A stretch of 43,288 bases of DNA from an uncultured bacterium (GCA_902773015.1 CACYCW010000004.1:1-43288), one strand, 5' to 3'; shown: positions 34,096-41,835, counted from the first letter of the stretch. Notes: generated from the letters alone by a model not told the origin. Numbers and translations: made by a program.

Positions 34096-35466
34096 TCAGG
34101 CCTTCTTTGCGAACATCCTCTCGTACCGAGGCATCGGCTCGAGGATGCCACCCGATTTCGCGTAGTAGTCGGCGTCGCACTCGAAGACACCCTTCTCGGT
34201 GCGGGTCCAGTGCGCGTCCGGGTAGGCGAGATCCTTGCGCATCGTCTCCCAGTTGCGGAAGTTCATGTGTCCGTTCGTCTCGACGAGGCCGAGGTCGCCG
34301 ATGCCGGGAAAGGCCGGCAGCCGCGCGGCGACCGCCTTGTTCCACTCGACGAGGGCGGGACAGACGGTGAGATCGGCGCAGAAACACGGGATGTTCTTCT
34401 CGAACGCGGCCTGTGCGATCTTCATCGACATGGACATGGTCTTCGCGATCGGCTTCAGCGCCATCGCGCGATAGCCCATCTGGATGCGCTCCAGAGCGTC
34501 CTTCACCGTGTGAGCCGACTCATCCGCCGCGAGTCGCAACGGAATGTCGTTGACGTCGATGTCGGCGTACTCGTCGAACGGCTCCTCGACGATCGCGACC
34601 TGGTCGTAGGCGCCGATCCTCTTCAGGTGGTCGATGAAGCGGAGGAACGTCTCCTTCTTCTCGTAGCGCCCGTTGGCGTCGAAGTAGTAGGGCAGGAGCC
34701 CGCTCGTCGTGTAGGGCGTGCGGCAGTCCTTCAGCACGGCATGGATCTCGGATACGCGCGCCATGTCCTTGGCGAGCATCTCCTCCTGCGTGCCTGGCTG
34801 GCCGATCTTGATCTTCATGAAGAAGTAGCCCGAATCGACAGCCTCCTTGATCTCGGCGACCGGCACCTTGTAGGAGAAGAGCGGGATGGATGCGCACTTG
34901 GCGTGATGCGCCGCGAGCGCCGGATGGAACTCCGCGGGGATCATCTCGTCGAAGGACGTGAGACCGTTCTCGCGAGCGAACAGCACCCAGAGCGCATTGT
35001 CAACGGAGACGAGCGCGTTGAGCGCGTACGTCGCGCGCAGGCGGGGATTCGCCGCGACCTTGCGTCCGTACTCCCACACCTGCGGCCAGAGCCAGTCGTT
35101 GAGCTCGACCGGCGAGACGAAGGAACGGCCGACCAGGCGCTTAAGCGCGAACTGCGTCATCGAGAACATGATGGCGTTGCCGCCGGCCTCGGAGTTCTCG
35201 GCGAAGACCTTCGCGTCGGACCAGAGCGAGCTCTGGGTGCCGAGGCCGATGCCGGTCCTGCCCGAGGTGGACTGCACGAACGACGAGACGATCCACTCCT
35301 CGGTGAGGTACCCGCCCTTGAACCCGAAGGGGCGGATCATGGGCTCGCGCTCGAACTCGCACGCCGTGCGCGCGATGGTGATCGACCGGCGAGACGGCGC
35401 CGCGAACGCCATCTTCGGCGCCGCGGCCGCGAGGATTCCCGTCTTGATGAAGTCTCTCCTGTTCAT
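34096..35466 (-). CDS. Tat-signal enolase-superfamily (mandelate racemase/muconate lactonizing enzyme-like) protein
   Basis: MNRRDFIKTGILAAAAPKMAFA. KxK motif FFMKIKIG. YYFDANGRY...QVAIVEEPFDE...LAADES fits the D/E/D metal-ligand spacing of the superfamily. Trimmed to the ATG at 35464-35466. Confidence 0.75.
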   Translation of the reverse strand: MNRRDFIKTGILAAAAPKMAFAAPSRRSITIARTACEFEREPMIRPFGFKGGYLTEEWIVSSFVQSTSGRTGIGLGTQSSLWSDAKVFAENSEAGGNAIMFSMTQFALKRLVGRSFVSPVELNDWLWPQVWEYGRKVAANPRLRATYALNALVSVDNALWVLFARENGLTSFDEMIPAEFHPALAAHHAKCASIPLFSYKVPVAEIKEAVDSGYFFMKIKIGQPGTQEEMLAKDMARVSEIHAVLKDCRTPYTTSGLLPYYFDANGRYEKKETFLRFIDHLKRIGAYDQVAIVEEPFDEYADIDVNDIPLRLAADESAHTVKDALERIQMGYRAMALKPIAKTMSMSMKIAQAAFEKNIPCFCADLTVCPALVEWNKAVAARLPAFPGIGDLGLVETNGHMNFRNWETMRKDLAYPDAHWTRTEKGVFECDADYYAKSGGILEPMPRYERMFAKKA

Positions 35467-35491
35467 GCCGATGCGTGGCGAATCCCCGACC

Positions 35492-36067
35492 TCACTTCGT
35501 GGAGATCCTGTCGTTGTACTCGCCGGTCTCGGTGTTGATGCGGATGATGTCGCCCTCGTTGATGAAGAGCGGCACGGCAAGCGTGTAGCCCCCCTCGACG
35601 GTCGCGGGTTTCGTCACCTTGCCAGAGGCGGTGTTGCCCTTCACGCCCGGCTCGACCTTCATGACCTTGCGCTCGACGAGCGCCGGCAGGTCGACGCCGA
35701 TCACCTTGTCGTTGAAGAAGAGCGCCTTCACCTCCATGGAATCCATCAGGAAGTACTTCTTGTCGCCCATCACCGCGTATGAGACGCGAATCTCCTCGTA
35801 GTTGTCGTCCGTGAAGACGAACGCCTGTCCGTCGTCGTACGAGTACGTGACGGTCATCTGCAGGAGCTCCGGCTTCTCGAACTTGTCGCCCGACCGGTAG
35901 CTCTTGGACATTCCGCCGCCGGTCATCATGTTGCGGAGCTTGCAGTTGTAGATCGCCTGCCCCTTGCCCGGTTTCGAGAAGTCGAATTCCGTGATCTCCC
36001 ACGGCTCGCCGTCGATGAGCAGCTTCACGCCCTTGTGCAGCTCGCCCGCGCCGATTACCTCGCCCAT
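35492..36067 (-). CDS. efp: Elongation factor P
   Basis: GVKLLIDGEPWEITEFDFSKPGKGQAIYNCKLRNMMTG..., 191 aa. GGAGGA lies 5 nt upstream of the ATG. Confidence 0.95.
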   Translation of the reverse strand: MGEVIGAGELHKGVKLLIDGEPWEITEFDFSKPGKGQAIYNCKLRNMMTGGGMSKSYRSGDKFEKPELLQMTVTYSYDDGQAFVFTDDNYEEIRVSYAVMGDKKYFLMDSMEVKALFFNDKVIGVDLPALVERKVMKVEPGVKGNTASGKVTKPATVEGGYTLAVPLFINEGDIIRINTETGEYNDRISTK

Positions 36068-36091
36068 GTAGTCCTCCGTTTCGCCGGATGT

Positions 36092-36181
36092 TTACTTCGT
36101 CTTGTGGCGCATGGCCTTCATGCGCTTGTCGTACTTGTGCTTCGACATTTTCTTCCGGCGCTTCTTCTTGATGGAACCCAT
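36092..36181 (-). CDS. 29-aa highly basic protein, bS22 / AURKAIP1-COX24-like small ribosomal-protein family
   Basis: Not in the track. Minus strand reads AAGGAGAAAACAAA ATG..., giving MGSIKKKRRKKMSKHKYDKRMKAMRHKTK*. The MGS(I/V)KKKRRK(K/R)MSK(H/K)K start matches the actinobacterial bS22 type as I recall it. Confidence 0.7.
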   Translation of the reverse strand: MGSIKKKRRKKMSKHKYDKRMKAMRHKTK

Positions 36182-36211
36182 TTTGTTTTCTCCTTGTTGG
36201 TTTACCAGAAA

Positions 36212-36239
36212 CTCTCTCAACCCCTCAACATCTCAATCC
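36212..36239. repeat. Left arm of inverted repeat (plus strand CTCTCTCAACCCCTCAACATCTCAATCC), abutting the hisG stop codon
   Basis: It ends at 36239, and the hisG TGA occupies 36240-36242. Reverse complement of 37836-37862 with 24/27 identity, including a 16-nt perfect core. Confidence 0.8.
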
Positions 36240-37109
36240 TCAGAAGATGATCTTGTTGAGAGGCAGCTCGATGATGCCCGTCGCCCCGCTGCGTGTGAGG
36301 GCCGGGATGAGGTCGCGGACCTTCCTCTCCTCGACGACGGACTCGACGGCGAACCACGCCTCGTCATTGAGCTTGTTGACCGTCGGCGCATGCAGCGCGG
36401 GCAGGGCCTTCACCACGGCGGCGAGGGACTTCGCGGGTGCGTTGCACTTCAGCAAGACACGGCGCTGCGCCTCCAGCGCGCCCGTCAGGAGCATCCGGAG
36501 CTGCTCGAGCTTCGCGCGCTTGGCGGCGTTCTTCCAGCTCTTGCGGTTCGCGATGAGCCGAGTCGTCGAGGTGAGAATCGTGTCGACGATGCGCAGGTTG
36601 TTCGCACGGAGCGAGCTGCCCGTCTCCGTCAGGTCGACGATCGCGTCCACGAGCTCAGGCGCCTTCACCTCGGTCGCCCCCCAGCTGAACTCCACGTCGG
36701 CCTTCACGCCGTTCTTCTTCAGGTAGCGCTTCACGAGCCCAACCGCCTCGGTGGCGATGCGCTTGCCCTTCAGGTCCTTCACCGTGCGGATCCTCGAGTC
36801 GTTCGGCACCGCCAGCACCCAGCGCACCGGGTTCGAGGTCGCCTTCGAGTAGTTGAGCTCGCAGACCTCATGGACGTCGCTGCCGTTCTCGTAGACCCAG
36901 TCGTAGCCGCAGATGCCGGCATCCAGGAGCCCGAGCTCCACATAGCGGCTCATCTCCTGCGGACGCAGCAGGCGGCACTTGATCTCATCATCGTCGATCG
37001 ACGGCACGTACGAGCGGCTCGAACACGTGACCGTGAAGCCCGCCCGCTTGAAGAGGGCGAACGTCGACTCCTGCAGTGAGCCCTTCGGCAAACCTAGCAC
37101 TATCTCCAT
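36240..37109 (-). CDS. hisG: ATP phosphoribosyltransferase (long form)
   Basis: LGLPKGSLQESTFALFKRAG, LRPQEMSRYVELGLLDAGICGYDW, DAIVDLTETGSSLRANNLR and a C-terminal regulatory domain. 289 aa. Confidence 0.93.
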   Translation of the reverse strand: MEIVLGLPKGSLQESTFALFKRAGFTVTCSSRSYVPSIDDDEIKCRLLRPQEMSRYVELGLLDAGICGYDWVYENGSDVHEVCELNYSKATSNPVRWVLAVPNDSRIRTVKDLKGKRIATEAVGLVKRYLKKNGVKADVEFSWGATEVKAPELVDAIVDLTETGSSLRANNLRIVDTILTSTTRLIANRKSWKNAAKRAKLEQLRMLLTGALEAQRRVLLKCNAPAKSLAAVVKALPALHAPTVNKLNDEAWFAVESVVEERKVRDLIPALTRSGATGIIELPLNKIIF

Positions 37110-37141
37110 GAATCAGTCTTCCTTGGTTAAAAACGTCGGTA

Positions 37142-37171
37142 ATTATATCATAAATTGCCCTGCGCTGTCCA
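37142..37171 (-). promoter_or_regulatory. Sigma70-type promoter TGGACA-N18-(TGA)TATAAT for hisG, inside the cmk 3' end
   Basis: Minus strand reads TGGACA GCGCAGGGCAATTTATGA TATAAT, then a ~25-nt leader with AAGGAAG. The TGA (37148-37150) is the cmk stop codon. Confidence 0.55.
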
Positions 37172-37834
37172 TTCCGCCGGCAGCGCCGCCATCACCGCAT
37201 CCACCACCTGCTCGAGCGTCATGTCCGAGGAATCGATCTCGATCGCGCCGTCCGCCTTGCGCAGCGGCGCATATCGGCGGGTGGAATCGATGCGGTCGCG
37301 CGCCAGGAGTGAGGCCTTCACGGCTTCGGCGGACTGGTTGGCGATGCCCTTCTCGATCTCCTCCTTCTGGCGGCGGCGCGCCCGCGCCTCGGCGGATGCG
37401 GTCAGGTAGAAGCGCGCCGGCGAGTCGGGAAAGACCGCCGTCGTGATGTCACGTCCCTCAACGACGAGATTACCGTGGCGAGTCATCGCGCGCAGGATCG
37501 CGGTCACGCGGTCGCGCACCTCCTTCACCGTCGCCACCGCGGAGGCGTGCGCGTTGATTTCCGGCGTGCGGATGCGGTCGCCTGGGGCCTCGCCCCCCAC
37601 GTAATACGCGATGGCTCCGTCCTCCGGGCGGCACTCGATGTCCACATCCGCAGCGAGCGCCGCCACCGCCGCGGGATCGGACGTGTCGACCCCGCGCACG
37701 AGGCACTGCCAGGTCATGATGCGATAGAGCGCGCCCGAGTCGACGTGTAGGTAGCCGAGACGCCGTCCGACGAGGCGCGAGACGCTGCTCTTGCCCGCAC
37801 CGCCGGGCCCGTCAATTGCAATTACGTTGTTCAT
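37148..37834 (-). CDS. cmk: Cytidylate kinase
   Basis: MNNVIAIDGPGGAGKSSVSRLVGRRLGYLHVDSGALYR...VVEGRDITTAVFPDSPARFYLTASAEARARRR. Trimmed to the ATG at 37832-37834. Confidence 0.92.
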   Translation of the reverse strand: MNNVIAIDGPGGAGKSSVSRLVGRRLGYLHVDSGALYRIMTWQCLVRGVDTSDPAAVAALAADVDIECRPEDGAIAYYVGGEAPGDRIRTPEINAHASAVATVKEVRDRVTAILRAMTRHGNLVVEGRDITTAVFPDSPARFYLTASAEARARRRQKEEIEKGIANQSAEAVKASLLARDRIDSTRRYAPLRKADGAIEIDSSDMTLEQVVDAVMAALPAEWTAQGNL

Positions 37835-37835
37835 G

Positions 37836-37862
37836 GGATTGAGATGTTGAGAGGTCGAGAGG
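37836..37862. repeat. Right arm of inverted repeat (plus strand GGATTGAGATGTTGAGAGGTCGAGAGG), starting 1 nt from the cmk start codon
   Basis: See 36212-36239. It also has ~9-nt periodic TTGAGAxGT units related to the gatA leader repeat. Confidence 0.8.
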
Positions 37863-37875
37863 TTGATGGGGCTCC

Positions 37876-38895
37876 TCACCGGGTCTCCTGGAGGAACATG
37901 ACAATGGTGTAGGCGACGAAGACGAGGAGCCAGAGCACGGCGACCGGGCGACCGATCCGCCCCGGCGACCACGGATGGCGCCGGTTGAGCCCGAAGAGCA
38001 GGATCGTGAGCGAGAGACCCGTCAGGAGCGGAAGGTCGCGCGTGAGAATGTACGGCGAGAAGGCCGGCGAGCCGTCCGCCCCGGGCACGAGCGGCGAGAT
38101 CACCGTGGCGATCCCCACCACCGCCAGCATGTTGAAGAGGTTCGAGCCGATGATGTTGCCCAGCACGAACTCGTGCTCGCCACGACGCGCGGACGCGATC
38201 GCACTCGCGAGTTCCGGAAGCGACGTCCCCGCCGCGATGATGGTGAGCCCGATCACCAGGTCGCTCACGTGCAGGAACTTCGCGAAATCCACCGCTCCCC
38301 AGACAAGGAAGTGCGACGAGACGACCAGCACCGCTAACCCGATGACGATCTTAAGGCCCGCGATGACCAGTGAGCGCCGAGAATACGCGGCGGTCGTCTC
38401 GGCCTTGGCGTCGGCTGCAGCGCCCTTCGTCTTCTGGTCGTACCAGCAGTAGAGCGGCAGCAGCACCAGGAACGCCACCAGGAGGACGGACGCCTCGGTA
38501 CGCGAACAGGTGCCGTTGCCCAGGATCACCAACGAGAAGAGCGAGATGAACGCGAGCCCGAGCCCCGCCACAAAACTCACGGACGGTCGCACGGCGAGCG
38601 GACGGATCAACGCTGCGATTCCGAGGATGACCGCGATGTTGAAGACACAGCTCCCGTAGGCGTTGCCAAGCGAGAGATTGGAATGCCCCGAGATGCCGGA
38701 CATCGTCGAGACTGCAAGCTCCGGCAAGCTGGTGCCGAAACCGATGATCACCATGCCGATCACGAACGGCGAGATACCGAGCGCCTTCGCCATCACCGCC
38801 GCCCCGTCGACGAACATGTCGCTCGACCAGGCGAGCGCCACAAGCCCGCCAAGCATGAAGACGACCGACAGCCAGAAGGAGATGTCCGCGTACAT
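37876..38895 (-). CDS. CaCA-family cation/Ca2+ exchanger (YrbG-like)
   Basis: ~10 predicted TM segments. Two alpha-repeats, GFGTSLPELAVS and AAGTSLPELASA, are diagnostic of Na+/Ca2+ exchanger-type transporters. Confidence 0.88.
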   Translation of the reverse strand: MYADISFWLSVVFMLGGLVALAWSSDMFVDGAAVMAKALGISPFVIGMVIIGFGTSLPELAVSTMSGISGHSNLSLGNAYGSCVFNIAVILGIAALIRPLAVRPSVSFVAGLGLAFISLFSLVILGNGTCSRTEASVLLVAFLVLLPLYCWYDQKTKGAAADAKAETTAAYSRRSLVIAGLKIVIGLAVLVVSSHFLVWGAVDFAKFLHVSDLVIGLTIIAAGTSLPELASAIASARRGEHEFVLGNIIGSNLFNMLAVVGIATVISPLVPGADGSPAFSPYILTRDLPLLTGLSLTILLFGLNRRHPWSPGRIGRPVAVLWLLVFVAYTIVMFLQETR

Positions 38896-38908
38896 CAGAT
38901 CCTCGCCT

Positions 38909-39481
38909 TCACTTTCCCGGATACCGCACGAGCGTCAGCACGTCGTAGCCCGCAAGCGCACCCTGACGCGCGCCGAATCCCTCGAGTTCCAGCGGAAAGA
39001 CCATCCTGACGACCTTGCCGCCAAGGCGCTCCACGAGTCGCGCGGCGGCGGCGGCGGTGCCACCCGTCGCGAGCAGGTCGTCAACGACGACCACCCGTTG
39101 CCCCTCGCCGACGGCATCTGTGTGCATGTGCAGCTCGGCCGTGCCGTATTCGAGATCGTAGCTCTCGCTCACCGTCTCGCGCGGCAGCTTGCCCGGCTTG
39201 CGGATCGGCACAAACGCCTTGCCGAGGCGATCGGCAATCGCCGCGCCGAAGATGAACCCGCGCGACTCCGGCGCCGCGACGAGATCGAACTCGAGCCCGC
39301 GAAGACCGTCCTCGATGAGATCCAGCACAAGGCGAAATCCGTCCGCATGGTCGAGAATGCCCGTCACGTCACGGAAGAGGATTCCCTTCTCCGGGAAGTC
39401 GGGTATTTCACGCACGCACGCCATCACCCGGGAGAGCGCCACCTTCCTGTCTTCGTCATTCCACTGTTGCTCGTTTTTCAC
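38909..39481 (-). CDS. apt: Adenine phosphoribosyltransferase
   Basis: IPDFPEKGILFRDVTGIL, AAPESRGFIFGAAIA and the PRPP motif VVVVDDLLATGGTA. The track start is GTG at 39479-39481; an internal ATG (MACVREIP) is the alternative. Confidence 0.9.
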   Translation of the reverse strand: MKNEQQWNDEDRKVALSRVMACVREIPDFPEKGILFRDVTGILDHADGFRLVLDLIEDGLRGLEFDLVAAPESRGFIFGAAIADRLGKAFVPIRKPGKLPRETVSESYDLEYGTAELHMHTDAVGEGQRVVVVDDLLATGGTAAAAARLVERLGGKVVRMVFPLELEGFGARQGALAGYDVLTLVRYPGK

Positions 39482-39488
39482 TTCGCAT

Positions 39489-39497
39489 ATTATATCA
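39489..39497 (-). promoter_or_regulatory. Extended -10 element TGATATAAT 7 nt upstream of the apt GTG
   Basis: Minus strand reads GGAAAATTTGATATAAT ATGCGAA GTG AAA AAC. The flank GGAAAATTTGATATAATAT is identical over 19 nt to the rpmH promoter copy. Confidence 0.5.
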
Positions 39498-39504
39498 AAT
39501 TTTC

Positions 39505-40476
39505 CTACGAGAAGAGTATCTCCTCGCCGTGGAACATGAAGTTGCCGCCGATGACATACTCCATGGCCGTGGGCGAGAAGCGATCCTGAACCGTTACATG
39601 AAGATGTCCGGCGAGAATCCCCTTCAGGAGCGGCTCCGTCTTCAGATAGGCGACGAACTCGCGCGTGACGGGATCCTCCTGCTGGCGCTTGTAGTCGGAC
39701 TTCGCGTCAGGAAGGACCGCATTCGTGAATCGCCTCCCGGCGCACTGCCAGAACTTGCTGCTTGTCCGCCAGATGTGCGGGGTGAAGAACGGCACGTGCA
39801 TGCAGAGGATGATCGGCAGGCCCTTCTTCACCTCATCGGCGAAAAGCGCCACCTGATCGGGCTGCACCGTGCCGAAGACGTCGTCAAGACAGACGAAGTT
39901 GACGCCGTTGACGGTCTTCGAACTGAAACGGGGGTCGAAGGGAAAGTTCGCCTTGAGGAGCGGCCAGCTGCGAGTCTTGAACGGCTCCTGCCAGGTGTGC
40001 TTCTCGTCTGGCAGGTAGGTGTAGAACTCATGGTTCCCCATCGAGCCGAACACCGTCTCACCGTAGTACTTCCTCACCAGGTCGAAGTTGGCCTCGCTCT
40101 GCCAGTCGATGAGATCGCCCGTGTGAAGCACATAGTCGACATTCGTCTTCGCCCAGGCGAGCGAGTCCCTGAGCGCCTCCTCCTGACGGCCACCGAACGT
40201 GCGGGTGCGGCGGACCTTCGACTTGAGGCGGTCCGCCCCTTCGCGCGGGTAGGCCTCGGTGAGGTGCGTGTCGGAGATGTGCAGGATCGAGAACGGCCGT
40301 TTGGCCCCCGCACGGATGTGCTGGTAGGCGAGAACGAGCCGCTCGAATCTCCCCCGTTCGGGGAACACCGACGGATCGTCGGCGAACGACGGCAGAGCGG
40401 AGACGGCGACGAGCCCTCCGGCGGCCTGCAGGAAATGCCTGCGGGATAGGATATTGGAATTTTGGGTTGTCTTCAT
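39505..40476 (-). CDS. Tat-signal calcineurin-like metallophosphoesterase
   Basis: MKTTQNSNILSRRHFLQAAGGLVAVSALPSFA. Motifs ILHISDTHL, VLHTGDLID, GNHEF and ILCMHVP are the metallophosphoesterase signature blocks. GGAGGAG lies upstream of the ATG at 40474-40476. Confidence 0.85.
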   Translation of the reverse strand: MKTTQNSNILSRRHFLQAAGGLVAVSALPSFADDPSVFPERGRFERLVLAYQHIRAGAKRPFSILHISDTHLTEAYPREGADRLKSKVRRTRTFGGRQEEALRDSLAWAKTNVDYVLHTGDLIDWQSEANFDLVRKYYGETVFGSMGNHEFYTYLPDEKHTWQEPFKTRSWPLLKANFPFDPRFSSKTVNGVNFVCLDDVFGTVQPDQVALFADEVKKGLPIILCMHVPFFTPHIWRTSSKFWQCAGRRFTNAVLPDAKSDYKRQQEDPVTREFVAYLKTEPLLKGILAGHLHVTVQDRFSPTAMEYVIGGNFMFHGEEILFS

Positions 40477-40495
40477 GGTCTTCTCCTCCGTCTGG

Positions 40496-41632
40496 TCACC
40501 TGAAATACTTGCGCTTCGCGACGGCAAGCTGACGAATCGCCTCGCGCGTGTACCTGTCCTGGCCGGGAACGGTGCGTCGCCAGGGGGCCGTGAGGACGCC
40601 CTTAAGCTGCGCCGCTGGCACCGCCTTCCTGGCATAGGCGAGCATCGCGTCCGTGGCCTCGTCCGACGACCAGTTGGAGGTGCAGGGCATCACATCGTAG
40701 CCGGCGGCGACGATCACGGCCATGCCGGCGACCAGGTTCTTCTGGATGTCCCAGGTCTTGCTCTTCTCGAACTCCGGCCGCCACGAGAGGTTCGTCTCGG
40801 AGAAGTCCTTGCCATAGTACCACGGCATCTGCACGACGCTCCTGGGCATGTTCCTGAGGAACTCCTCCTTGCCGCCGCAGATCTTGTCGTGCCACACGAT
40901 CGCGCGAGCGCCGTTCCGCTCCACCTCGTTCACGCAGAAGCGGAGATCGTGCCACCAAAGGTCGCCCTGGCGCATCACCGCAAGCGCGCGGCCCTTGACC
41001 GCTATTGGGACCTCCTCGTCGAATCCGAGATGGAAGTAGCGGGGTCCGTCGAAGACCTCGCAGACGTCGCGGATCAGGTCCGCCACCACCTTGTAGTACT
41101 TGCGGGTGGAGGTCATGTAGTGGTACTGCTTAAGCCAGATGTCGTGCCCGGCGGAGAAGTTGAGTTTAGGGATCGGCTCGAGTCCCAGTCCGCGCAGCCG
41201 CGCGAGCTCCTTGCGCATTTTCGCCGCATCCCAGGCGCCATTCACCCAAAGTTCTGGACGGCTCGGGTAGGCGTACGCCTCGCCGATGTCGATGATCACC
41301 ATGTTCAGGCCCTCGGCGCGCATGAATTCGGTCTGTCCGCGCCACACCTTTTCGTCCGCCGCGAGATAGTCGCAGACCGGCGTGCGGTACGATCCGTTCT
41401 TGCGCAGCTTCGGATTCGGGAACATCTTCGCCTCCTCCTCGGCCGACGCTGGATAGTGTCCGTCGTACGTCCAGTCGCCCCACATGTTGCAACCGAGGTG
41501 CAGCAGCGCCCCGACCGCGAAGTCGCCCGCGAGCGCCGGCGCCTTCGTCGCGCCCACGCTCGCGCAGCCGCCGATCACCGCCCCGGCCCCGACGAATGCC
41601 GTCTGCCAGATGAATTCTCTTCTTGTTTTCAT
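40496..41632 (-). CDS. Tat-signal TIM-barrel glycosidase-like protein (HxGxDE motif, GH20-like)
   Basis: MKTRREFIWQTAFVGAGAVIGGCA. YFHLGFDEE resembles the GH20 H-x-G-x-D-E catalytic motif. Family assignment is tentative. Trimmed to the ATG at 41630-41632 (GGAAGGAAA upstream). Confidence 0.7.
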   Translation of the reverse strand: MKTRREFIWQTAFVGAGAVIGGCASVGATKAPALAGDFAVGALLHLGCNMWGDWTYDGHYPASAEEEAKMFPNPKLRKNGSYRTPVCDYLAADEKVWRGQTEFMRAEGLNMVIIDIGEAYAYPSRPELWVNGAWDAAKMRKELARLRGLGLEPIPKLNFSAGHDIWLKQYHYMTSTRKYYKVVADLIRDVCEVFDGPRYFHLGFDEEVPIAVKGRALAVMRQGDLWWHDLRFCVNEVERNGARAIVWHDKICGGKEEFLRNMPRSVVQMPWYYGKDFSETNLSWRPEFEKSKTWDIQKNLVAGMAVIVAAGYDVMPCTSNWSSDEATDAMLAYARKAVPAAQLKGVLTAPWRRTVPGQDRYTREAIRQLAVAKRKYFR

Positions 41633-41790
41633 TATTTTCCTTCCCAAGCCCCTTTCCTCGTCATGGACTGCTTTGATTGTCAATCGACTGGCGTCTGCAG
41701 CAACGTGTCCACGAACACGAAATGCCGTTCCGCCTTCGCGTACGCGGCAATGCCACAGGCGCACGCCATCGCCATCGCAACTATCCCGGT

Positions 41791-41805
41791 CTAATTGTTC
41801 GACAT
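41791..41805 (-). other. 4-codon mini-ORF (MSNN*) with consensus SD in the leader of the 40496-41632 gene
   Basis: Minus strand reads TATAGGAGGAAGCCGG ATG TCG AAC AAT TAG, with AGGAGG 7 nt from the ATG. It begins ~25 nt downstream of the predicted TSS. Confidence 0.3.
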
Positions 41806-41835
41806 CCGGCTTCCTCCTATACTTACGGTGAAGTC

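Noticed and set aside
36195-36240. TTGAGG-N18-TGGTAAACC upstream of the bS22-like gene might be a promoter.
   Set aside because: The -10 (TAAACC) lacks the invariant final T. A TSS there would remove most of the SD. It overlaps the inverted-repeat arm, which explains the sequence better.
36212-37862. The inverted repeats flanking cmk-hisG might be terminal repeats of a transposon or IS element.
   Set aside because: No transposase or recombinase lies between or beside them. The cargo is two conserved housekeeping genes, and no target-site duplication is evident. An RNA-level or generic-repeat explanation is preferred.
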